Shown here piece after piece: positions 27,649-34,448 of a DNA stretch of 34,448 bases. Positions within the stretch are counted from its first letter, which is position 1; every line of letters begins with the position of its first letter. Below the pieces are notes generated by a model. That model ran no database searches. It worked only from the letters and a program-made list of their open reading frames with translations, and was not told the origin of the DNA. Origin of the DNA: Calditrichota bacterium (GTDB lineage Bacteria; Calditrichota; Calditrichia; RBG-13-44-9); contig JAJRXE010000091.1 in the NCBI GenBank assembly GCA_024276455.1, positions 1-34,448 of the forward strand, in the 5' to 3' direction. Made by a program: the position numbers and the translations under genes.

Positions 27649-30447
27649 TCAAAAATCCACCGGGAACTCTCCCAGCGAGAAGTTCTTTTTCAGCATTCCG
27701 GCATCCCAGGGGGAAGGGGGTTGAGGTTGGGGTGCCGGAAAGGCCGCTTCGAGTTCGAAATTTAAGCGCTGCGCCGCCGGCTTCAAATCCGCAATGAGCC
27801 AGAGGGACACCTGTCCTTTCCACCCTTTCTTCCCCTTTTGCTCAAGACGAATCGTTCCCTCGCTGCTTCCGGTGAGAAGATCGAAAACCGTCCAGCTCCA
27901 CTTACCATCTTGCTTTTCGACCCGGACCGGGAGGCTTTGCTTTCCGAATTTTGCCGTCACCAGCGGTAAATCCTGGCCGGAAAAATCACTCTGCGGTTCC
28001 AGCAACACAGCAAGCTGCAGGCGTTGCGCCTCAGCGGGCCGTTTCAAATGCACGGAAAACTTCAGGCGGTTCTTCTTCCGCCGCGGCTCTACCCGGGCTT
28101 GAATTTCCGGAAGTTCCCGCCCAACCAGACGGCGTTTCAGATCAAGAACCGGAACTGTTTGTCCGTCCACCGTGATCCGGCGAATTTTTTCCGGATTCAG
28201 CAGCCGGAGCGAAACATCGGTGGCCAGGACTTCCAGCGTTATTTCTCCAGAATCCCGGGAAGCCACACGATAAGTCGCCCCACCCAGCAGCGGGTGGGTG
28301 GCTTCTTCCAGCGGATAAAGCTCGTACACTGCGGTTTCGTACCCCTGCAGGGGAATTTCCAGCACAGCTCCGGCGGCGTAAAGTTGGGGGGCTACCCAAT
28401 GGGTCGGGTAAATGCGCTCTAATACCAGCGAAGCGGCCCTCTCGTCCACACCGGCAGCGGGATCCAGCTTCACCCGCAGCACCTGCGACCGGATGAAGGG
28501 GTTGCGAGCCGCCAGAATGATCCGCGTCCCGGCGGCGTGTAAATAGCCGTAAGGCTGCCGTTTGCCCGGATCGCCGCCAACCATTTCGGTGTGCTTTAGA
28601 ACCTCGAAGCGGTCTTTCGCCCAGCGAATGGAGCGGGCAATCGCCTGCCACTCGCCCTCCGTCAGCAAATCGGGCGAAATGTACAGCTCCCACATGGACA
28701 CGCCGCGAGCAACGTACAGCAGGGCGTTGTCGGTGAATTTGTCCAGCGGCTCCCGCTCGCCGCCCAATTTTTGCAAATGCCCTTTGATGATGCCGTGAGT
28801 CATTAAATTGGCAATGGGAAACCAGAAATCCTGCTTTACCAGGTCGTCGTACAGCACAAAGTCGCGGTAGGTGATGGCCGCGTCCCGCCGGCTGATGGAG
28901 GGTACGTCGGCGTAACCGTAGTCGTACCCCTGCATCCAGATCTGATTGGCGTACTTCAGCCACCAGGGACTCAACCAGGTTCCGGAGGTAATGTTTAAGA
29001 AAACCTCCGGATTGGCTTCTCGCACCGCCTGACACATGGCGATGGTGGAATCCATGACCGCCCGGCGGGAGTAAATTCCCACCGGATGCCCATGATCCGC
29101 CTCGCTACAGGAGAATTGAATCCCGTCCCATTTAAAATAAGCCACGGCTTGATTTTTGACCATGGCGGTGACCCGTTTTTTGAACAGCTGGCTGTAATTG
29201 CGCCCCGCCAGGCACAACTGGTCGCCCACCACTTCGTAACCGTGGGATTTCATCCAATTGATGCGCCAATCGCGGTGGGAATAACCGCCAATGGGACCAA
29301 ACCAGATGCCCAGCCGGGTGCCGTCCCGGGCCAATTCTTCCGCCAGTGGTTTCAACCCGTGGGGAAATTCTTTTTTCCGCAGCACCCAGTCGCTGCGATA
29401 CACATCCCAACCATCGTCCAGCACAAAGGCGTCTAAGCGAAGGTCGTACTTTTCCACCATGTTTTTGCGGAACAGCCCGATGATGCGGCGAATGTTGCTT
29501 TCATTCAGAATATTAAGCGAATCCTGCACCATTTCCGGTGCCCGCAGGTCGTACCAGGTGTTGTAAAGCAGGTAGGGACGCAGCGGCGCCACCCGCAGCG
29601 TCTCCAGGTAGCGAGCGAACCACTGCTTCAGGTAAGGATTGGGGGTAAGCCCCACCACCACCCATTCGGATTCCAGCCAGTCGGATTCGATTTTCTTTCC
29701 CACGAATCGGCTACAGCTCAGGCGGACGGTTTGTTCATCCAGGAACTGCAGATTGTTCTCCGCGGTGGGATATTCCATTCCTGCGAACGCTCCCCCGTCG
29801 CCAACGAGCAGGGCAACCGGTTGACCGTAGCCGCCTGTTTTTACCACCTGCGAAACGTTTTCGACCCTTCCCTCACGAGCGCCCATTTTTCGCAGAAAAT
29901 GGAGTCCCTGGACGGTATCCCGGATGCTGACCCGCCGTTTCAGAAAAAAAGCATCCCTTTCCAGACAGTAAGTCAATCGCAGATCGAACGGATTATTCGT
30001 CCCCCGGAAATACAGACGCAGGCAAATATTTCCGTCCCGATCTTTTTCCAGTTCCTTACGCAGGAAACGAAAATCGCGGGCAGTAAATATCACCGGATTC
30101 TCCGAGTTGTTCACTCTCCCGGGTGCCCGCCAGCCGGTCCACATGACGTTGAGAGCAAAATCGCCGTCCAGTTGCAGTTGCAGCGGGGCGGTGTGGTACC
30201 TGGCCGACCATTCCGGTCGGGTGGACAATTTTTCGGCCTGCAATTGCCCTCCGGAAATTTCCACGACACAGGCAATTTTTTCGTTGCCAAATTTGATGGT
30301 GGTATTCGCCGGCTGGGCCTTCGCCGCCCGGTAACCCACACCGACTGTGAGAAGTAAAAGGATACCGATTAAGAACCAGCGTTTTGCCGGGACAATGGTA
30401 TTCCTTCCTGAAGGCGAATTAAAAAGATTAAAGGGAGTTGTTTTCAT
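27649..30447 (-). CDS. Secreted clan GH-D (GH36/GH27-like, alpha-galactosidase-like) glycoside hydrolase
   Basis: Signal peptide ending AKA|Q; TIM-barrel motifs YNTWYD, FVLDDGWD, FPHGLKPL, GIWFGP and YFKWDG (nucleophile-type motif); GGAGG SD. Confidence 0.72.
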   Translation of the reverse strand: MKTTPFNLFNSPSGRNTIVPAKRWFLIGILLLLTVGVGYRAAKAQPANTTIKFGNEKIACVVEISGGQLQAEKLSTRPEWSARYHTAPLQLQLDGDFALNVMWTGWRAPGRVNNSENPVIFTARDFRFLRKELEKDRDGNICLRLYFRGTNNPFDLRLTYCLERDAFFLKRRVSIRDTVQGLHFLRKMGAREGRVENVSQVVKTGGYGQPVALLVGDGGAFAGMEYPTAENNLQFLDEQTVRLSCSRFVGKKIESDWLESEWVVVGLTPNPYLKQWFARYLETLRVAPLRPYLLYNTWYDLRAPEMVQDSLNILNESNIRRIIGLFRKNMVEKYDLRLDAFVLDDGWDVYRSDWVLRKKEFPHGLKPLAEELARDGTRLGIWFGPIGGYSHRDWRINWMKSHGYEVVGDQLCLAGRNYSQLFKKRVTAMVKNQAVAYFKWDGIQFSCSEADHGHPVGIYSRRAVMDSTIAMCQAVREANPEVFLNITSGTWLSPWWLKYANQIWMQGYDYGYADVPSISRRDAAITYRDFVLYDDLVKQDFWFPIANLMTHGIIKGHLQKLGGEREPLDKFTDNALLYVARGVSMWELYISPDLLTEGEWQAIARSIRWAKDRFEVLKHTEMVGGDPGKRQPYGYLHAAGTRIILAARNPFIRSQVLRVKLDPAAGVDERAASLVLERIYPTHWVAPQLYAAGAVLEIPLQGYETAVYELYPLEEATHPLLGGATYRVASRDSGEITLEVLATDVSLRLLNPEKIRRITVDGQTVPVLDLKRRLVGRELPEIQARVEPRRKKNRLKFSVHLKRPAEAQRLQLAVLLEPQSDFSGQDLPLVTAKFGKQSLPVRVEKQDGKWSWTVFDLLTGSSEGTIRLEQKGKKGWKGQVSLWLIADLKPAAQRLNFELEAAFPAPQPQPPSPWDAGMLKKNFSLGEFPVDF

Positions 30448-30620
30448 GAGAGGCCTCCGGGATTTTTTAATTTTATAAAATATTGTTTACTTTCCAAATT
30501 TTTTATTTGGACAAAAATAGCAATTTTTCGTAAATTATCAAATAAATTTTTTTGAATTTCACCGCAGGCGGGAAGAAATGTGTCGAATTGTTGAAAGATG
30601 CCAAAAAAGGATGGTTATTT

Positions 30621-30769
30621 TACATTACCTGTCACCCCTACGGGGTTTCGTCTTTTGGTGCCGTTCATTTACAAACAGGGCACTCCTAACGGAGGGCAAA
30701 ATCGAACCAATCCGAACAATTGTCAATTTTATTTCCCAGAACCCGGTCGGGACGAAACGTCCTTAAGAA
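30621..30769. repeat. Cluster of REP-like short palindromic repeats
   Basis: Tandem units TACATTACCTGTCACCCCTACGGGGT (30621-30646) and TACAAACAGGGCACTCCTAACGGAG (30670-30694), each ending in a hairpin, plus a degenerate inverted unit at 30741-30769. Confidence 0.55.
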
Positions 30770-30820
30770 TCCTTAATTCCCCCCCACAAATTCCATTCAT
30801 CCTGACCCAAAAAATTCCGC

Positions 30821-33184
30821 TTAAAACTGCAAGTGCTCGGTGCGACGAATGATTTCTTCCTGCAATTCCGGCGTCAGATCCACAAAATAATCGCTGTAAC
30901 CGGCCACCCGCACAATCAGATCGCGATAACTTTCCGGATCTTTCTGGGCTTTGCGCAGGGTCTCCGCCGTCACCACGTTAAACTGAATATGGTGTCCGTC
31001 CAGGTAGAAATAACTGCGAATCAGGTGCGCCAGCTTGCTAATACCCTCGTCATCTGCCAGCAGCTGGGGGGTAAATTTTTGGTTCAACAGAGTTCCGCCG
31101 GTACGCACGTGGTCAATTTTGGCGGCGGATTTAATCACGGCGGTCGGTCCCTGGCGGTCGGCTCCCTGCACCGGCGAGATGCCTTCCGAGAGCGGCGTGC
31201 GGGCTTTCCGTCCGTCCGGGGTGGCACCCACCTTGCTGCCAAAGTACACGTGCACCGTGGTGGGGAGCAAATTCACCCGGTAATGCCCACCTTTGGTGTT
31301 CGGCCTCCCGTCAATGGCCTGAAAATAGGATTCGAACACCCGCACCAGAATCGCGTCCGCGTAATCGTCGTCGTTGCCGTATTTAGGGGTGTCGTTCACC
31401 AGCAGGTGGCGAAATGATTCGAAGCCCTCAAAATTGCGCTGCAACGCCAGCAAATATTCCCCCATGGAGATGGTCTGACGGTCGAACACATGGAATTTCA
31501 GGGCGGTCAACGAATCGGTGACTGTGCCGGTACCCACTCCCTGAATGTAGGAACTGTTGTACCGTGCGCCGCCGTCGTGGTAATCTTTCCCTTTTGCAAT
31601 GCAATCGTCGATGAGCAGGGACAGGAACGGCGCTGGCATGTAGCGGGCGTAAATTCGCTCAATAATGCGGTTGCTCTTTATTTTTACATCGATGAAATAA
31701 TTCAATTGTCGTTCGAACGCCTCGTAAAGCTCTTCGAATGTTTTAAAAGCAGTCGGATCGCCGGTGGCAATCCCCACTTTTTTTCCGCTTAAAGGATCAA
31801 CCCCATTGTTCAGAGTAATTTCCAGCACTTTAACCAGGTTAAAATAGCCGGTGAGAATGTAGCTCTCTTTTCCGAACGCCCCGGCTTCCACACAGCCGCT
31901 GGCTCCGCCGGTGCGGGCATCCACCACCGATTTGCCCTGGCGAATTAGCTCCTGAATAATGGCATCCGTATTGAAAATGGAAGGTTGCCCGAAACCGGTA
32001 CGTACTATTTTAAGGGCCCGTTTCAAAAATCGATCGGGATTTTTTTTGCTAATCTGCACCATGGAACTGGGCTGCAGAAGGCGCATTTTTTCGATGACGT
32101 CCAGAATCAGGTAGGAGAGCTCGTTCACGGCATCCTCGCCGTTGGGCTTCACGCCTCCCACATTAATTAAAGCGAAATCGGTGTACGTATTGCTCTCCTG
32201 GGCGGTGACTCCCACCTTGGGCGGCGCGGGCTGATTGTTGAATTTCACCCAGAAGGCCTGCAACAATTCTTTGATCTGATCTCTGGTAAATGTGCCGTTT
32301 TCCAGGTCGCGCTGGTAAAAGGGATAAAGATGCTGGTCCAGCCGGCCGGGATTGAAGGCATCCCAGGTGTTCAACTCCGTAATCACACCCAGATGCACAA
32401 ACCAGTAGTATTGCAGGGCTTCCCAGAAATTCCGGGGCGGATGAGCCGGCACCTGCTCGCAAATTTCCGCCATGCGGCGCAGTTCTTCTTTGCGCTGGGT
32501 GTCTTCTTCCTCCCGGGCCATCTGGCGCAGTTTTTCGGCATGGCGGCGGGCAAACTGAATCAACGCCTCGGCGGCAATGGCCATGGCGCGCAGTTCTTCC
32601 CGCTTCTCAAACGCCTCCGGATCGTTAAAAAAGTCCAGCCGATCGATTCGTTCTTCAATTTCCCGAATGAAATCGAGCATTCCTTTGCGGTAAATCTTGT
32701 CGTCCAGCACGGTGTGCCCCGGCGCCCGCTGTTCCATGAATTCCGTGAACACCCCGGCCTGGTAGGCGGCTTTCCACTCCTCGTCCACCTCGTTAAAAAT
32801 GCGCTCCCGAATGGTACGTCCCTGCCAAAAGGGAATAATTTCTTCCCGGTAAATCCGCCGGGTTTCTTCATCCACCCGGTAAGGGATTTTAGGACGGGAA
32901 TTCAGGATTTCCAGATCGTCCAGCGAGTGCAGGCAAATTTCCGGGTAAGTGGGGGTGGCTTTAGGCGCCGGACCGCGCTCCCCCACGATCAACTCGCCCT
33001 CGTTAATACAAATTTCTTTGTTCTCCAGAATGTATTTAAATGCCAGCGCCCGAGCAACCGGAACGGACACCCGGTCCGCCTGACCGCTCCGGTAAAACTC
33101 GGTTAGCAATTTCGCCCGTTCTGGAGAGATGCTCGGCTGGGCTTTCAAACTTTGTTCCCGCAACTTTCTGATGCGTTCATTCAT
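30821..33184 (-). CDS. hypD: Glycyl radical enzyme, trans-4-hydroxy-L-proline dehydratase
   Basis: Gly loop RVAGYS and Cys loop SGCVE. The HypD-type segments TEFMEQRAPGHTV, ELNTWDAF, KFNNQPAPPKVG..ESNTYTDF, ILTGY and LLPTT match my recollection of C. difficile HypD. GGAGG SD. Confidence 0.85.
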   Translation of the reverse strand: MNERIRKLREQSLKAQPSISPERAKLLTEFYRSGQADRVSVPVARALAFKYILENKEICINEGELIVGERGPAPKATPTYPEICLHSLDDLEILNSRPKIPYRVDEETRRIYREEIIPFWQGRTIRERIFNEVDEEWKAAYQAGVFTEFMEQRAPGHTVLDDKIYRKGMLDFIREIEERIDRLDFFNDPEAFEKREELRAMAIAAEALIQFARRHAEKLRQMAREEEDTQRKEELRRMAEICEQVPAHPPRNFWEALQYYWFVHLGVITELNTWDAFNPGRLDQHLYPFYQRDLENGTFTRDQIKELLQAFWVKFNNQPAPPKVGVTAQESNTYTDFALINVGGVKPNGEDAVNELSYLILDVIEKMRLLQPSSMVQISKKNPDRFLKRALKIVRTGFGQPSIFNTDAIIQELIRQGKSVVDARTGGASGCVEAGAFGKESYILTGYFNLVKVLEITLNNGVDPLSGKKVGIATGDPTAFKTFEELYEAFERQLNYFIDVKIKSNRIIERIYARYMPAPFLSLLIDDCIAKGKDYHDGGARYNSSYIQGVGTGTVTDSLTALKFHVFDRQTISMGEYLLALQRNFEGFESFRHLLVNDTPKYGNDDDYADAILVRVFESYFQAIDGRPNTKGGHYRVNLLPTTVHVYFGSKVGATPDGRKARTPLSEGISPVQGADRQGPTAVIKSAAKIDHVRTGGTLLNQKFTPQLLADDEGISKLAHLIRSYFYLDGHHIQFNVVTAETLRKAQKDPESYRDLIVRVAGYSDYFVDLTPELQEEIIRRTEHLQF

Positions 33185-33187
33185 GAT

Positions 33188-34006
33188 TTACCCTCCAATT
33201 CTTACCGCGAAACCCTCCTGCTCCACCAGTTGGCGCAAGGCTTCCAGCTGCTCCTCCGACTGCATTTTGTGCTTCCCCGCCCGCAATTCCATTCCAAATT
33301 TCGGGTATTTCGCCTCTCCAATGGGATTATATGGCAACAGATCAATTCGTCGAATCGCAGGAAATTTCTTCAAATATCGGGCAATTTGCAAGAGATTTTC
33401 TGGCGAATCGGTGAATCCGGGAATTAAAGCTACCCGGACAATAATTTTCGCTCCTGCTTGAACTAATTTTTCTAGATTCTGCAAAATCAAGCGGTTGGAA
33501 ACACCGGTGTACTTCCGGTGAAGTTTGCCGTCCAGCAACTTCAGATCGTAAAGGAACAGGTCGGTCAGGGGAACGATTCGCTCTAACGTTTCCCAGGAAG
33601 CGTAACCGGTGGTGTCCACGGTGGTGTGAAGGTCCCGTGTCTTGCATTCCTGCAGGAGAGCTTCCAGGAAATCGATCTGCAACAAGGGCTCCCCGCCGGA
33701 AAAGGTAACACCCCCACCGGAACGATCGTAAAAGATCACATCCTTTTCAATTTCCCGCAGCACTTCCGCCACCGTCACCTCCCAACCAATGGTTTCCTCC
33801 CCTTCCTGAAACGATCGTCCGTTGGCATCCTGCAGCACCGGTCGCCTTACCGTTTGAGGGTGCCGTTCCCGGCTTTCCGGATTGTGGCACCACCAGCAAT
33901 CCAGCGGACACCCTTTTAAAAACACGGTGGTGCGAATTCCCGGTCCGTCGTGCACGGCGTATTTTTTCAGATCGAAAATGATCCCTTTTACCTGTGTTAT
34001 TTCCAA
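33188..34006 (-). CDS. Glycyl-radical enzyme activating protein (radical SAM)
   Basis: HDGPGIRTTVFLKGCPLDCWWCHNPES (CX3CX2C), GGVTFSGGEP, DTTG, LYDLK and LLPYN; the stop is 3 nt upstream of the hypD start. Confidence 0.93.
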   Translation of the reverse strand: MEITQVKGIIFDLKKYAVHDGPGIRTTVFLKGCPLDCWWCHNPESRERHPQTVRRPVLQDANGRSFQEGEETIGWEVTVAEVLREIEKDVIFYDRSGGGVTFSGGEPLLQIDFLEALLQECKTRDLHTTVDTTGYASWETLERIVPLTDLFLYDLKLLDGKLHRKYTGVSNRLILQNLEKLVQAGAKIIVRVALIPGFTDSPENLLQIARYLKKFPAIRRIDLLPYNPIGEAKYPKFGMELRAGKHKMQSEEQLEALRQLVEQEGFAVRIGG

Positions 34007-34148
34007 TCTACTACCCGCTGTAGAATTCGTTTCCTCTAATATCGGATGATTCGTCGCAAAAGGAAAGTTCTAAATAACTTAACCAGCTTCCACGCCAAGG
34101 ATCAAGATTCTAAAAAAGAGGGAATTTGATTTCATTCTTCACTATTTT

Positions 34149-34448
34149 TCAGGGAAGAAGGAATTTCAACCAATCGCTCGCCGTTTTGCTGGGAAATAAG
34201 TGAGCCAATCCCTTTTTCTCCCACACCTGCCGCAATCCAGCCGGATCGTACCGGCTCCCTACCAGCCACCCGGCAATCTGTTCCCATTCGGTTTTTGCGG
34301 TGGCGGCATGTCGCAAAAGCGCGCGGCGAATGATTCCGTCCCGTACGATGAGTTCCACTTGCAGAGTTTGTCTGCCCCAGCGGGCGGTTTTTCGCAGCAC
34401 AAAACGGGGCGATTCTCCAAAACACCATTTCCAGGTGCGGTACTTTCG
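34149..34448 (-). CDS. lplA: Lipoate-protein ligase A, C-terminal part (5' portion outside the window)
   Basis: The frame is open to the window edge and reads RKYRTWKWCFGESPRFVLRK...VELIVRDGII, matching the KY-x-x-W-x-W-x-F/YG-x-SP linker and C-terminal domain of LplA. Confidence 0.7.
   Translation of the reverse strand, partial: RKYRTWKWCFGESPRFVLRKTARWGRQTLQVELIVRDGIIRRALLRHAATAKTEWEQIAGWLVGSRYDPAGLRQVWEKKGLAHLFPSKTASDWLKFLLP

Noticed and set aside
28142-29035. 297 aa alternative-frame ORF inside the glycosidase gene
   Set aside because: Its Arg/Gly/Ala-rich composition is typical of an off-frame reading of GC-rich coding DNA.
25430-30447. tRNA-Arg as an integration site for a genomic island
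   Set aside because: I saw no integrase and no duplicated tRNA 3' end, and the tRNA 3' side abuts a housekeeping-type gene.
30735-30765. GGACGAAAC, resembling a hammerhead ribozyme core
   Set aside because: The required CTGANGA segment is not present in a compatible position on either strand.

Overview
A roughly 34 kb chromosomal segment, mostly on the minus strand. The host looks like an FCB-superphylum bacterium outside the Bacteroidia, for example Calditrichota or KSB1. This is inferred from SprA/PorV genes occurring with GGAGG Shine-Dalgarno sites, sigma70-type promoters and scpAB. From left to right the window holds: a peptidase-PD40-Omp85 fusion gene (missed by the ORF track because it runs off the left edge); a small lipoprotein; a class I fumarate hydratase; a tightly packed type IX secretion (T9SS)-like cluster (sprA, glutaminyl cyclase-like M28, prmA, Ig-repeat lipoprotein, Asp-box propeller with a C-terminal sorting domain, two PorV/PorQ-type barrels); the trpS-scpA-scpB-rluB-cmk housekeeping block; an HNH nuclease; an M29 aminopeptidase; a YfgM-like TPR protein; tRNA-Arg(CCT); a sodium:solute symporter; a secreted clan GH-D glycosidase; a REP-like repeat cluster; a HypD-type glycyl radical enzyme with its activase; and the 3' end of lplA. 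I found no CRISPR array, integrase or transposase. The best candidates for something new are the operon-like T9SS module coupled to a glutaminyl cyclase and the hydroxyproline dehydratase/glycosidase/symporter neighbourhood. All family assignments come from motif recognition; no searches were run.
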